From the NCBI GenBank assembly GCA_036338335.1, contig JAYZCL010000025.1, forward strand, positions 4,681-68,680: a stretch of 64,000 bases of DNA, read 5' to 3'. The translations under genes were made by a program, and so were the position numbers. This DNA is from Fidelibacterota bacterium. Lineage in GTDB: Bacteria > Fidelibacterota > Marinisomatia > Marinisomatales > S15-B10. How positions within the stretch are numbered: the stretch's first letter is position 1; each line of letters starts with the position of its first letter. Shown here one piece after another: positions 9,104 through 19,725 of the stretch. Under the pieces are notes generated by a model. It saw only the letters and a program-made list of their open reading frames with translations. It was not told the DNA's origin and did not search any database.

Positions 9104-10942
9104 ATGTGCGGAATAGTAGGCTATATCGGAAGAAAAGACGCAGTCCCCGTTCTTGTCAACGGTTTGAAGCGGTTGGAGTATCGAGGATACGACTCTGCGG
9201 GAGTTGCCACTACCGGGAAGAGCGGGATGCAAATCCTGAAATGCGAAGGGAAGGTGGCTGATCTAGAAAAGCTGCTGGACGAATCGACCGTCCGCGGGAC
9301 CATAGGGATCGGCCATACCCGATGGGCGACACACGGCGCCCCGAACGATCTGAATGCTCACCCCCACAGCGATGCGTCCGGCAAGATTTCACTGATCCAC
9401 AACGGTATTATCGAGAATTACAGCATACTTCGAGAAGCGCTTGAGAAAGAGGGTGTAACCTTTATAACTGAAACAGATACCGAAGTCTTAGTTCAGCTTA
9501 TTGGCAAGGTTTATTCTTCCGATTCACTCACCTTCGCGGAGGCGATCCAATCGGCTCTTCAGGATGTGGTTGGAACGTATGGCATTGCAGCTATCTGTTC
9601 GGATGATCCTGAGATTGTTATCGGAGCACGTCTCGGAAGCCCTCTTGTCCTGGGCGTGGGAGATAATGAATTTTTCCTCGCCTCTGATGCTTCTCCGATC
9701 ATTCCACACACCAGAAATGTAGTCTATCTCGATGACGGCGACCTTGTAGAAATGAGACGGGACGGATATGAAGTCCGCCGAATCTTGGACAACTCTCCCA
9801 TCAATAAGGTGATGGAACGTATCGAGTTTAATCTTGAGGAGATCGAAAGGGGGGGGTACCCCCATTTCATGTTGAAGGAGATTTACGAGCAGACAAATAC
9901 TTTGACGGACACCATGCGGGGACGGCTTTCCTTGGAGAGCGGAACAGCACATCTCGGCGGCATTACCGACTTTCTCCCAAGAATTGAGAAGGCCTCCCGA
10001 ATTTACATCACTGCTTGCGGCACCTCTTGGCATGCTGCCCTCATCGGCAAGAACCTTATTGAGGAGTATGCACGGATCGAAGTCCATGTCGATTACGCTT
10101 CGGAGTTTCGTTATCGGAAGCCGATCATTGATTCGGAGACTGTTGTTATCGCCATCTCCCAGTCGGGAGAGACGGCAGATACGCTCGCCGCTATTAGGAA
10201 AGCAAAAGAGAAAGGCGCCCTCGCCATGGGCATCTGTAATGTTGTGGGAAGTACGATTTCTCGTGAGACTGACTGCGGTATATACACACACGCGGGGCCG
10301 GAAATCGGTGTCGCCTCCACCAAGGCATTTACCGCTCAGGTTACAGTGCTATTTATGCTTGCGCTTCACCTCGGACGCAATCGCGGGATGTCCAAGGGTG
10401 AGTGCAGCCGGCTTGCCAGAGCTATGTCAGCCATGGGCCAGCAGATAGAAGATATTCTTGGTAAGAGTGATAACATACTTAACATAGCCGAAGAAACGGT
10501 TGACGCCGACAATTTTCTCTATCTCGGAAGAGGGCTAAACTTTCCAGTGGCTCTTGAGGGGGCACTTAAGCTGAAAGAAATCTCTTACATACATGCCGAA
10601 GGTTATCCGGCGGCCGAGATGAAACACGGCCCAATTGCTCTCATTGATGAGAAAATGCCGGTAGTCTTTCTCGCCCCCCACGATAAGACTTTTGAAAAGG
10701 TTCTATCTAATATTCAGGAAGTGAGAGCTAGAAAGGGGAGAATCATTACAGTCACCGATAAGAAGACCCCTGAATTGATGAAGATTTCTAATCATTTGAT
10801 CGAAGTTTCGTCCTCCCACCCAAGAACTTTTTCCATTGTTGCTTCCGTACCACTACAGTTGCTCGCCTACCATCTGGCGGTACTTAGGGGGTGCAATGTC
10901 GATCAGCCTCGAAACTTGGCCAAAAGTGTTACCGTTGAGTAG
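9104..10942 (+). CDS. glmS: glutamine--fructose-6-phosphate aminotransferase
   Basis: MCGIVGYIG Ntn-type start, two SIS domains (ISQSGETADT), C-terminus AKSVTVE. Confidence 0.97.
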   Translation: MCGIVGYIGRKDAVPVLVNGLKRLEYRGYDSAGVATTGKSGMQILKCEGKVADLEKLLDESTVRGTIGIGHTRWATHGAPNDLNAHPHSDASGKISLIHNGIIENYSILREALEKEGVTFITETDTEVLVQLIGKVYSSDSLTFAEAIQSALQDVVGTYGIAAICSDDPEIVIGARLGSPLVLGVGDNEFFLASDASPIIPHTRNVVYLDDGDLVEMRRDGYEVRRILDNSPINKVMERIEFNLEEIERGGYPHFMLKEIYEQTNTLTDTMRGRLSLESGTAHLGGITDFLPRIEKASRIYITACGTSWHAALIGKNLIEEYARIEVHVDYASEFRYRKPIIDSETVVIAISQSGETADTLAAIRKAKEKGALAMGICNVVGSTISRETDCGIYTHAGPEIGVASTKAFTAQVTVLFMLALHLGRNRGMSKGECSRLARAMSAMGQQIEDILGKSDNILNIAEETVDADNFLYLGRGLNFPVALEGALKLKEISYIHAEGYPAAEMKHGPIALIDEKMPVVFLAPHDKTFEKVLSNIQEVRARKGRIITVTDKKTPELMKISNHLIEVSSSHPRTFSIVASVPLQLLAYHLAVLRGCNVDQPRNLAKSVTVE

Positions 10943-12872
10943 ACCGCTTTTGACTCTCTCCAGATTTTTTGCAGTCCTCTTTCTATATTTTTCAGTTGCA
11001 GAGTTTGTATCACCTCTGCATGCAACCCAGCGCATTACCCCATCTCGATCTCGGCAACTCTTTGAAAAGGGCGTCTCACACTATAACGCGGGTCGCTATT
11101 ACAGCGCCCTCGACATTTTCCGGAGGTTAAAGAATTACCCAATTGATCAATCACCCCAGTTGACTGCTAGCATCCTAATGTGCATGAAATCCTATGCCCG
11201 AATTGGACGCTTCAGCGAAGTAAAGGCCACTGCCCGGGAGTTTCTGGAAAATCATGACAACAGTGTATATCTTCCACACGTTTACGACGTGCTGGGAGAT
11301 GCTTATCTCAGTGAGGGTTACTACGGATCCGCGCTCGAGTCTTATCTCAATGCCAGCCGCGTCAGCGACGGATCATGGAACGTGAATTTTGATGACAAAA
11401 TCATACAGGTCTCTTCAAGTTATCTTGGACTTGAGAAGCTAAATGCCCTTCTTGCTATCGAACTTGACGGAAGTTCTCGAGCGATCCTCTCCCTTGCAAT
11501 CGCCAATAGATTGATGGCCGATGGGGAAGAAGACGAAGCTGCATTGGTCCTATTCAAGATTGACAGATCGTTCTTGCCATCACCGTACCATAATCTTTAT
11601 GACAGGCTTAAGGGCGATACATATGTGAGTCGAGGTAAGTCAAAGACCATCGGTGTTATTCTCTCTGGTGGCCCGGCCATCGAGAAGGTTGCCAGTTCTT
11701 TTGTGGCGGGCATCCACGAGGCGACAAGGGAAATTCAAAGACGGGATGGCTATTCAATCGAGACTGAAGTTATCACCACTGAGGACGGTCTGAGCGGTAT
11801 ACGGGCGGCCGAGTTGCTATCACGTAATGAAAACGTATTGGCCATCATCGGTCCGGCGGAGGATTCCGCGGCGCTGGCCGTTGCCGCTGCTGGTAAGGAC
11901 GACGCAACGGCTCTCCTTTTTCCCACGTCCAGTCTGAATGGTCTCGCATCGGTAGGGGAGAGTGTCTACCAGATGAATAGCGATCTGTCATCTCAGGGAC
12001 GGTATGCGGCACGCTACGCGGTGGAGCAATTAGCCGCAAAAACGATTGCGGTAATGGCGCCGTCGGATCAATTAGGTAGAGGTCTGACGGACGGTTTTTT
12101 GATGCAGGCCGATGAGCTAGGGGCTGAGATCGTTTCCGTAGAGTGGTACTCAGGGATTCCGGTTGATCTCTCTCCGCAACTGTCCGCCTTGCGCAGTGCA
12201 GCCTTTAGACTGGAGGAACGGAAACCGAAACAGATTCAGGGGGAGATACTCCTTGACACAGTCGACAATACTTTTCAGCTTTCTACGTCAGACTTTTTCG
12301 AAGAGGAGCGGGTCGGTATAGAGGAGGAAGAGGTGGACTCCTCTGAAATTATTCTTTCAAGCATAGACGCCATCTACCTTCCGATTCACGCGGGAGATAT
12401 CAATTATGTTGCGTCACAGTTCTCCTCGTACGGTATGGAGACTCGGCTTCTCGGAAACGCCAACTGGTATGAACCTGATGAACTGAATCAGGAGATGATC
12501 GGACCAAACCTAGAGGGGATGACTATTCTGACTGATTATCTTCACCCACAGGAGGCACCGTTATCCGACAAAGCGTGGCAGGTGGCAGGCAATTATGAAA
12601 GCCGTGAGGAGATCCTCATGGCACTGACAGGGTACGACATTGCCATGTTCCTAGCTCAGCATCTTCGGTCGGCGGATTCGCGGTCTGCCGTAAGAATCAA
12701 TCTGGACAAAGCGAATCTGTCCCGCGGTGTAAGCAGGCACTTCGCTATTGCTTCGGACCATCCAGGCCTCAACTCATCCATACATGTGCTGAACTATTCA
12801 AAGAAAAGGTTCACTCTGGTGGGCGAATTTGTGGGCGACTCGCTCGTGACATCCCTTTCAGAAATTCCTTAA
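10896..12872 (+). CDS. periplasmic TPR plus type-1 periplasmic-binding-fold protein (LpoA-like architecture)
   Basis: Signal-like segment FFAVLFLYFSVAEFVSPLHA. TPR-like N-terminal part (FEKGVSHYNAGRYYSALDIF). The C-terminal part resembles Leu/Ile/Val-type binding proteins (IGVILSGGP..., IIGPAEDSAA). Start ambiguous: ATG 10896, GTG 10926, or TTG 10935/10950. Confidence 0.6.
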   Translation: MSISLETWPKVLPLSRPLLTLSRFFAVLFLYFSVAEFVSPLHATQRITPSRSRQLFEKGVSHYNAGRYYSALDIFRRLKNYPIDQSPQLTASILMCMKSYARIGRFSEVKATAREFLENHDNSVYLPHVYDVLGDAYLSEGYYGSALESYLNASRVSDGSWNVNFDDKIIQVSSSYLGLEKLNALLAIELDGSSRAILSLAIANRLMADGEEDEAALVLFKIDRSFLPSPYHNLYDRLKGDTYVSRGKSKTIGVILSGGPAIEKVASSFVAGIHEATREIQRRDGYSIETEVITTEDGLSGIRAAELLSRNENVLAIIGPAEDSAALAVAAAGKDDATALLFPTSSLNGLASVGESVYQMNSDLSSQGRYAARYAVEQLAAKTIAVMAPSDQLGRGLTDGFLMQADELGAEIVSVEWYSGIPVDLSPQLSALRSAAFRLEERKPKQIQGEILLDTVDNTFQLSTSDFFEEERVGIEEEEVDSSEIILSSIDAIYLPIHAGDINYVASQFSSYGMETRLLGNANWYEPDELNQEMIGPNLEGMTILTDYLHPQEAPLSDKAWQVAGNYESREEILMALTGYDIAMFLAQHLRSADSRSAVRINLDKANLSRGVSRHFAIASDHPGLNSSIHVLNYSKKRFTLVGEFVGDSLVTSLSEIP

Positions 12873-12939
12873 AGCGATCAAGGAGCCGCACTTCACAGTT
12901 GAGAATCTATCGGCGACGCTCCTCTATGGAGGCGCCTAT

Positions 12940-13602
12940 TTGGCTTACCGCCACGGGAAGGGCAAAGGGTGCTTTGATGATCTGAACAGTGCCTCAATTC
13001 AAAGGGGTATCGGCGATTGCGTCGCCTACGCCCGTCAGGTTCACTCCAGCGTAAATATTTTTGTCGATTCGCCCGGTTTTTCCGGTGAGGGAGACGGCTT
13101 GATCACTGACCACCCTGAGGTGGTGCTGGCAATTCAGGTTGCCGATTGTGTTCCAATATTCGTAGCAGAGAAGAGTGGCAAAGCGAGAGGTCTTATACAC
13201 GCCGGTTGGAAGGGATCTGCAGCGAACATTGTCCGAAAGGGTGTTGAACTGATGGTTTCAGAACTCGGTGCTGTTGTCACCAATCTCCACTGTCTTCTTG
13301 GACCCTCGATCAGAAGCTGTTGTTATGAAATCAAGGATGATGTTGCTGAACAGTTTCAGAGTCACTACTTGACTGAGTGCGGGGGGAATAGTTACACTCT
13401 CGACCTTCACATGGCTAATCTTGATCAGTTGATTGAAGCGGGCGTTAGAAATGAAAATATCAGGTTTCACAAAAGGTGTACCTGTTGTTCCAGAAACGGT
13501 CTTCACTCTTTCCGGCGCAACGGCGAGATGGCCGGAAGAAATATTTGTTTTCTTAGTGGAAAAGAAGATTCCGATCGTTATGGAGTTACATGTCGGCGGT
13601 AG
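12940..13602 (+). CDS. pgeF: YfiH/PgeF-family protein (peptidoglycan editing factor / laccase-domain protein)
   Basis: QVHSS, ADCVPIFV, HAGWKGSA, CCYEI. TTG start at 12940 with SD GGAGG 7 nt upstream. Confidence 0.85.
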   Translation: MAYRHGKGKGCFDDLNSASIQRGIGDCVAYARQVHSSVNIFVDSPGFSGEGDGLITDHPEVVLAIQVADCVPIFVAEKSGKARGLIHAGWKGSAANIVRKGVELMVSELGAVVTNLHCLLGPSIRSCCYEIKDDVAEQFQSHYLTECGGNSYTLDLHMANLDQLIEAGVRNENIRFHKRCTCCSRNGLHSFRRNGEMAGRNICFLSGKEDSDRYGVTCRR

Positions 13603-14366
13603 ATGCATTTTTCCTCGGAGTAATTCAGGGCACTACCGAGTTTCTGCCGGTAAGCAGTTCGGGCCATCTGGTGTTACTGGCGAACTGGCTCAACGCTGAT
13701 CTCCCCGGATTGACGTTTGAGGTAGTTGTTCATTTGGGTACCCTCCTCAGCATTCTTATTATTTTTCGGAACGATTTGAAATCAATCCTCAGGAGGGTTG
13801 TCAGAGAAAAACAGTTTGAGGAGATAATTGCCATAGCCATTGCAACGGTGCCGCCAGCATTAATCGGGCTGTTTTTCAAATCTGACATTGAGTTGGCTTT
13901 CAGTACTGTTTCGGTTGTCGGTTGGTGTCTCCTAGTCACGGGGATTATTCTCGGGAGTACTAGTTGGGTTACGCCGTCACAATCCAGTGATATCACTTTG
14001 ATGACAGCTTTTTTCATAGGTGTGGCCCAAACTGCAGCCCTCTTGCCGGGAATATCCCGATCCGGAGTGACCATCGCCGCCGCCCTCTGGCTTGGGATCT
14101 CTGGCCGAATGGCAGGCCGATTTTCATTCTTGATAGCCATCCCGGTGCTTTTTGGATCGGGACTTTTGATGCTGCCAGACATACTGGCGATAGGAGGGAA
14201 CGAAGTGTCAGGGACCGCCCTTTCTGTGGCGTTTGCATCGTCCTTTGTTATTGGACTAGGTACATTGAGAATCCTGCTGGGAATCCTTGAGTCGGGGAAA
14301 CTCTATCTTTTCAGCGGTTATTGCATTTTGGTGGGAATCATCGCAGTGAGTGGGATTATCTCATGA
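13590..14366 (+). CDS. uppP: undecaprenyl-diphosphate phosphatase
   Basis: EFLPVSSSGHLVL and PGISRSG motifs; multi-TM protein. Confidence 0.92.
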   Translation: MSAVDAFFLGVIQGTTEFLPVSSSGHLVLLANWLNADLPGLTFEVVVHLGTLLSILIIFRNDLKSILRRVVREKQFEEIIAIAIATVPPALIGLFFKSDIELAFSTVSVVGWCLLVTGIILGSTSWVTPSQSSDITLMTAFFIGVAQTAALLPGISRSGVTIAAALWLGISGRMAGRFSFLIAIPVLFGSGLLMLPDILAIGGNEVSGTALSVAFASSFVIGLGTLRILLGILESGKLYLFSGYCILVGIIAVSGIIS

Positions 14367-15811
14367 ATCAGGCGGTCACCATCGGCTTTGTCATTTATCT
14401 GGTGCTAATCCTAGTGGTTGGCATCATAACCTCTCGATTTAATAAGACATTGCCCGACTTCCTCCTGGCGGGGAGGTCGCTGGGGCCGTGGGTGGTTGCA
14501 CTATCTGAACGTGCCTCTGGACAAAGCGGATGGTTGATACTTGGTCTTACGGGGCTCGCCTATGCCACCGGACTGGGCGATCCCTCCGGGGTGAAGCCTC
14601 AGCCGGCTCTGTGGGCTGCTATCGGGGGATGCTCGGGGGTAATACTGTCCTGGATACTGATAGCGGAGAGGCTTCGTCTGGAGAGCGAAAAATTGGGAGC
14701 TCTCACTTTACCCCGTTTCTTTGAACTGAGATTCAGGGGTGAAGATCCCTTGATCCGCCTTGTAACTATGGGAATTATTATTTTCTGCTACATTTTCTAC
14801 ATCGCTGCTCAATTTGATGCGGCGGGAAAATCTCTGGAACAAACTTTTGGCTTCTCACATTTCAAAGGTATCTTGATTGGGGCATCGATTATTGTATTCT
14901 ACACTCTAATGGGCGGATTTTTGGCTGTGGCGTGGACGGACTTCGTTCAGGGAATCATCATGCTTGTGACGCTAGTGATATTGCCGGTGGTAGCGCTTCA
15001 GCAGGTGGGTGGACTTGATGCTCTAGTTCAGAAGGTTTCCACTGTCGATTCAAATCTGCTTACTGTCTCCGGTGAGAGAAGGGGGTGGAAGCTCCTGACG
15101 GGGATCATCGGCGGTCTTGGAATCGGCCTCGGGTATCTCGGGCAACCTCATGTTCTGACACGCTACATGAGCATCCGATCTATCGGTGAAGTGGGAAAAG
15201 CCAAGAATATCGCCATCGTATACGCGGTGCTTACCTATGGTGGTGCGGTACTGATGGGCGTCGTGGCAATTGCGTACTTCGGTGCGGGGCATTTTTCCGA
15301 TCCCGAGAAGATGATGCCCGTACTCGCCACCACGGTCTTTCCTGCCTGGTTTGCCGGTATATTGATCTGTGGTGCGCTGGCTGCAATGATGTCGACTGCA
15401 GACTCCCAGCTACTTGTGACCACTTCTTCGGTGGCTGAAGACCTTTATCATCAGAGCATCAACTCGCAGGCAAGTCAGTCACAGTTGGTTCTTATTTCCA
15501 GAATAGTGACGCTTGTAATTGGTGCTGCCGCAAGTCTCTTGGCAAGACTCCCGGCTTCAATTGTTGATAAGGTCCTGTTCGCTTGGGGAGGTCTCGGCGC
15601 CGCCCTCGGTCCACCTCTAGTACTCTCTCTTTGGTGGGAAAAAACCACTCGCAATGGCGTCCTCGCAGGAATGGTCATCGGCTTCGTCACGGTGATAATC
15701 TGGGACAACTTCTTCAAATGGACGGGCCTCTATTCACTCATCCCCGGTTTTCTAATTTCTTGGGTGGCGGTGTATGTTATTTCTTTCAGAGGCAATAAGG
15801 TACTGGTATGA
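14363..15811 (+). CDS. putP: sodium/proline symporter (SSS family)
   Basis: The N-terminus aligns by eye with PutP (LLAGRSLGPWVVALSERASGQSGWLILGLTG). ATG 14363 overlaps the uppP stop (ATGA). Confidence 0.85.
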   Translation: MNQAVTIGFVIYLVLILVVGIITSRFNKTLPDFLLAGRSLGPWVVALSERASGQSGWLILGLTGLAYATGLGDPSGVKPQPALWAAIGGCSGVILSWILIAERLRLESEKLGALTLPRFFELRFRGEDPLIRLVTMGIIIFCYIFYIAAQFDAAGKSLEQTFGFSHFKGILIGASIIVFYTLMGGFLAVAWTDFVQGIIMLVTLVILPVVALQQVGGLDALVQKVSTVDSNLLTVSGERRGWKLLTGIIGGLGIGLGYLGQPHVLTRYMSIRSIGEVGKAKNIAIVYAVLTYGGAVLMGVVAIAYFGAGHFSDPEKMMPVLATTVFPAWFAGILICGALAAMMSTADSQLLVTTSSVAEDLYHQSINSQASQSQLVLISRIVTLVIGAAASLLARLPASIVDKVLFAWGGLGAALGPPLVLSLWWEKTTRNGVLAGMVIGFVTVIIWDNFFKWTGLYSLIPGFLISWVAVYVISFRGNKVLV

Positions 15812-16800
15812 AAGCGGTTAGTCTTAGGGTGACTTTCGAATCCGTGCGGAACGGCTGCCTCACTTCGGTCTACTTCTTGAACGGTGATGACTACTATCTC
15901 CAGACTCTCTTCGTTGATGAAGTTGTGAAGGCCCTTTCCTCAGATGAATCTGTGGAGAAGCATTTCATTTCAGCGGAGTCCGCCGACTATTCTTCAGTGG
16001 TGGCAGACCTTTCGTCAGACTCCCTTTTCGGTGGGAAGAAGCTCTATATTCTCCACAACCCTACCAGGATGGCTGGCAAAGCAAAAATCGACTTCTTCCG
16101 TTATTGCACCTCGCCCAATCCGAATAACTGTCTTATCGTAATACTGGACAAGGTGGACCGACAGCTTGCCTTCTTCAAGAATCTGTCGAAAATCGTTCCT
16201 CCAATAAATACCGCTCCCCCGTTTCTGAATAAGATGGCAGGATGGGTTCAGTTTCTTCTCAACAGGAATGAAGTTTCCGCTACCGATGAAGCATCCGAAC
16301 TGTTGCTTGAACTGTGTGGCGATTCGGTCTACCACATTGCTAACGAGATCGAGAAGATAAAGATCGGGATACCAGAGAAAAGCCCAATCGAAGCGAAGGA
16401 AGTAAAGCGTTTCAGTGGTTGGAAGAGAGAGTTTTTCCCTTGGCACTTGTCTGATGCGGTAGGGCGCCGGAATCTTAGGGACAGCATTCAAATTGGACGT
16501 AGTCTTGTGTCCCAAGGTGTCGGTGTTTCCGTCCTAGTGTCAAACCTTAGTACACTTTTCCAAGAACTCTATCTGATGAGACTCCCCGATGGAGACTACG
16601 GTACCTCACCGAAGACTGGATGGCTGAACCAGATTCTTTCTCGGAAACTTCCCAATTATCTCAATAACTTCTCCCATAATGAGCTTGGAAAAAATGTCAG
16701 AGAACTTTTCATGGCGGATCAGAACCTCAAGACCGGTAAATCTTCCGGTGAAATATTGCTGATTCCCTTACTCCACAGGATTACGATTGGCCATGCCTGA
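15808..16800 (+). CDS. holA: DNA polymerase III delta subunit
   Basis: 330 aa with VYFLNGDDYYLQTLFVDEVVKAL and a clamp-loader delta-like layout. ATGA overlap with putP. Confidence 0.75.
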   Translation: MKAVSLRVTFESVRNGCLTSVYFLNGDDYYLQTLFVDEVVKALSSDESVEKHFISAESADYSSVVADLSSDSLFGGKKLYILHNPTRMAGKAKIDFFRYCTSPNPNNCLIVILDKVDRQLAFFKNLSKIVPPINTAPPFLNKMAGWVQFLLNRNEVSATDEASELLLELCGDSVYHIANEIEKIKIGIPEKSPIEAKEVKRFSGWKREFFPWHLSDAVGRRNLRDSIQIGRSLVSQGVGVSVLVSNLSTLFQELYLMRLPDGDYGTSPKTGWLNQILSRKLPNYLNNFSHNELGKNVRELFMADQNLKTGKSSGEILLIPLLHRITIGHA

Positions 16801-17383
16801 AAAAGTACAGTACAGCGATAAGGAGCTAATCCTTCGCTTCCAGCAAGGCGATGAACTGGCATACGTGGAACTGGTGAATCGCTACCGAAATCGACTGATG
16901 AACTTCATCTACCGATTTGTCGGAACGAGGGAAGAAGCGGAGGATATTGTTCAGGATACCTTTGTAAAACTTTTTCAAAAAAAGGATTATTACCGGCCCA
17001 TCAGTGAATTCTCAACCTGGATTTTTACTATCGCGTCCAATCTTGCGAAGACGGAGTTGAGAAAACGTAAGCGGAGAAAAGTTTCATACCTGAGTCAGCT
17101 GGGGATTGAGGAAAAAGATTTTGACATTCCTGTGAAAGATACCACCGATGAAGAGATGGTAGGCGAGTTCACTGAGACACAGATTCAGAACGCTATTCAG
17201 TCGTTGCAGCTCCATTTTCGGACCGCTCTCATCTTGCGAGATATTGAGGAACTTTCTTACGAGGAAATAAGTAAGATACTCGATGTTCCACTTGGAACCA
17301 TTAAATCGAGAATCAACCGTGCGAGGCTGCAGTTGCAGGAAAAGCTTAAGCACGTTCAAAAAGATAGGAGGACGCCTATTTGA
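16787..17383 (+). CDS. ECF-type RNA polymerase sigma factor
   Basis: Region 2 DIVQDTFVKLF...FSTWIFTIASN. Region 4 LSYEEISKILDVPLGTIKSRINRAR. Alternative ATG at 16793. Confidence 0.9.
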   Translation: MAMPEKVQYSDKELILRFQQGDELAYVELVNRYRNRLMNFIYRFVGTREEAEDIVQDTFVKLFQKKDYYRPISEFSTWIFTIASNLAKTELRKRKRRKVSYLSQLGIEEKDFDIPVKDTTDEEMVGEFTETQIQNAIQSLQLHFRTALILRDIEELSYEEISKILDVPLGTIKSRINRARLQLQEKLKHVQKDRRTPI

Positions 17384-17940
17384 TGAATTGTTACGAGTTT
17401 CAGGACAAAGTATCAGCATATATCGAAAAAGAACTCACTCTTTCTGACTTAAACAGGTTCGAGAGTCATATTGACTTCTGCAAGACCTGTTCAGCTGTGC
17501 TTACTGGCGTTCGATCATCCGTGGATGCCGTAAGAGCCTCTGAGAGAGTCGCAGTTTCAGATGATTTTAATGATCGGCTCTTGAAGATGTTGAGGCATGG
17601 AAAGGCCAAGCCTGTTAATCGATCTATTGGTAGTGGCCGAAAGTTTTTCGGTTATGAGCCGCGGTACGCTTTTGCTTCTATGGCAGCAGTAGTTCTCATT
17701 GTCGTATTGTCGATCGGGATACTGCCCGAAGGCGGAAAGATTGTGCCTGTTCAGCTATCCACTCAGCAGGGCTTTATCCAATCAGCTCCAAAAAAGATCA
17801 ACAGCGGGGTTCCTTTGCAGCCACCCCTTGTGGCGGAAGATTCGGAAGAAGATTCCCTCGAAACGCCACGAGAATCCCGAAAGGTTTCGCCGGGCGAGTT
17901 TGGAGGGAAAATCAAGTTGGTGAAGGACCAGAAGAAGTAG
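17383..17940 (+). CDS. putative anti-sigma factor (zf-HC2-like, single TM)
   Basis: Start overlaps the sigma-factor stop. CYEF...HIDFCKTC Cys/His pattern and one TM segment (AAVVLIVVLSIGIL). Confidence 0.7.
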   Translation: MNCYEFQDKVSAYIEKELTLSDLNRFESHIDFCKTCSAVLTGVRSSVDAVRASERVAVSDDFNDRLLKMLRHGKAKPVNRSIGSGRKFFGYEPRYAFASMAAVVLIVVLSIGILPEGGKIVPVQLSTQQGFIQSAPKKINSGVPLQPPLVAEDSEEDSLETPRESRKVSPGEFGGKIKLVKDQKK

Positions 17941-17985
17941 CCTGAGTCTCCTTTCTTTTTCTCTCGATAGATTATAATTTTTGGC

Positions 17986-19716
17986 GTGAGCGGCCTCCGA
18001 CACGCGTTAGCCTTAAGCAGCAGAACCGGCGCCATTGTTGCATTCGCGATTTTATTCCTTCTGTTCATCTACCCGAACCCGGACGGTGTGGTTTTTAGTC
18101 TCCTTCGGGCGGCGTTTCTCGGAATTATTGTACTTGTTTTTCTTGAACTTTATAGAGAGAAGAATCTGAACCATACTGCCTCCGCATCGCCGGACTTACC
18201 TATTGCAAAGAATCTTTCCGATATCGAAAAGGAGTTGTCATCAGCCGCTACGCCGAAACTATCTTTTATTATGAATCTAATAGCCGAGACCATGCCCGGT
18301 TTTGGAATCGCCTATTATGAGCACGCTGGGGAGCTTGGACCCCTCGCATTAAAAGAGACGGCAGGTGAGAATGTTGATTTTGCGTCAGAGGTCCCCATCG
18401 AAAGCGATTGGATGAAGAGTGTTCTTACAGAAGGGAAGTTCCTCACGCCGGGAGAAGACAGCGCCGCTGTGCAACACTTTTTTTGTGAAGATGTAACCGT
18501 CAAGAAAACTATAACTCTTCTAGCTCTTCCGGTGAAAAACGCGGGTGCCGAAGAAGGCGTCATCATTATACACGCAGATCAGTTCTCTGATTTTCAAGAA
18601 TACCACAGGCCGTTGGCTGAGTCCTTCGCCTTGGCGCTGTCAAGCATCGACCTAGACAGAGACGCGGGAAACTTAAACGCTGAGCACCTCAGCTTCTTTC
18701 AACAATTGGACCGCTTCCAGGCGGATCTCGACATCGCCCGATCAAAGGAGCAGTTTCTTGGAGCAATTTCTGATTTCTGCCGGCGGAATTTCACCTTCGA
18801 CAAACTTTCGCTGATTCTGATGGATCCGGAACGGCCGACCGAGGTGGTGGCAGAAGAGGTGATGGGATATACGAATGATTTTGCCATCGGTGCACGGTTT
18901 CAGCGAGAGAGATCACTGTTATGGGAAGTCTTTGATGGAGGCGAACCGGTGATCGTTGATCTGTCAGCCGAAGGGTCTGCTACTGGAGGAAGGTTTCGAG
19001 GAGGTGATGCGGAAAGTCATCACTTCTTTTCCTACTTTGGTGTTCCAATAAAAACCCAGGGAAAAGTGATAGGATGTCTCGTACTTGAAAGCTTGAATTC
19101 TGGACGTTACAGAAGGAAAGAAGGAGGAAATCTTCAGATACTGTGCGCGCGTATTGGCGTGCTCATGGACTGGTGGAAAAAATATAATATTGTCCGAGAA
19201 ACGGCTATGCACGATAGCCTAACTGGTCTTCTGAATCACGGTTCATTCATTGAACTTTTTGAACAGGAACTCCGGAGAGCGAGCCGGTACAGCGAGAAAC
19301 TTGTCCTGTTAATGCTCGATTTGGATAAGTTTAAGAGGGTTAACGACACGCATGGCCACCTCTACGGTGATTATGTGTTGAGAGATACCTCGGCATTGTT
19401 GAAGAATGCTGTGAGGAATATTGACATAGTGGCCCGCTACGGAGGAGAGGAGTTTGCCATTGTTCTTGTAAAAGCTGGGAAGCGCGGGACAATAGAAACC
19501 GCCCGGAGAATCGTCAGCGCTGTGGCGGAGCACAGATTCGATAAAGATGGAACTTCGGTCCAGATGACTATCAGTGCCGGCCTGGCCGAATACCCTGCTG
19601 ACGGTAGTGGTGTAAGGGATCTAATTTCCCAGGCTGACCGGGCGATGTATGGTGTGAAGCGTCTCGGTGGGAATAACGTAGGCGATACCAAAGAGAATTC
19701 AACTCCCACAAATTGA
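17986..19716 (+). CDS. membrane-anchored GAF-GGDEF diguanylate cyclase
   Basis: Two N-terminal TM segments and a GAF-like middle. GGDEF domain with HDSLTGLLNH, DLDKFKRVND and RYGGEEF, preceded by an RNID I-site. Confidence 0.9.
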   Translation: MSGLRHALALSSRTGAIVAFAILFLLFIYPNPDGVVFSLLRAAFLGIIVLVFLELYREKNLNHTASASPDLPIAKNLSDIEKELSSAATPKLSFIMNLIAETMPGFGIAYYEHAGELGPLALKETAGENVDFASEVPIESDWMKSVLTEGKFLTPGEDSAAVQHFFCEDVTVKKTITLLALPVKNAGAEEGVIIIHADQFSDFQEYHRPLAESFALALSSIDLDRDAGNLNAEHLSFFQQLDRFQADLDIARSKEQFLGAISDFCRRNFTFDKLSLILMDPERPTEVVAEEVMGYTNDFAIGARFQRERSLLWEVFDGGEPVIVDLSAEGSATGGRFRGGDAESHHFFSYFGVPIKTQGKVIGCLVLESLNSGRYRRKEGGNLQILCARIGVLMDWWKKYNIVRETAMHDSLTGLLNHGSFIELFEQELRRASRYSEKLVLLMLDLDKFKRVNDTHGHLYGDYVLRDTSALLKNAVRNIDIVARYGGEEFAIVLVKAGKRGTIETARRIVSAVAEHRFDKDGTSVQMTISAGLAEYPADGSGVRDLISQADRAMYGVKRLGGNNVGDTKENSTPTN

Positions 19717-19725
19717 CTTTGTCTT

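Noticed and set aside
9524-10291. 255-aa ORF antisense to glmS. Similar long antisense ORFs occur at 4230..4751, 16015..16515, 36771..37484, 40793..41284 and 43828..44436.
   Set aside because: Each lies wholly inside a gene with unmistakable family motifs on the other strand. They have low-complexity, Arg/Ser/Pro-rich translations and no SD. These are typical shadow ORFs.
17973-17978. A perfect TATAAT 7 nt upstream of the GTG start of the GGDEF gene, suggesting a leaderless mRNA.
   Set aside because: There is no acceptable -35 or TG extension, and leaderless initiation normally needs AUG. It is more likely a chance hexamer in an AT-rich spacer.
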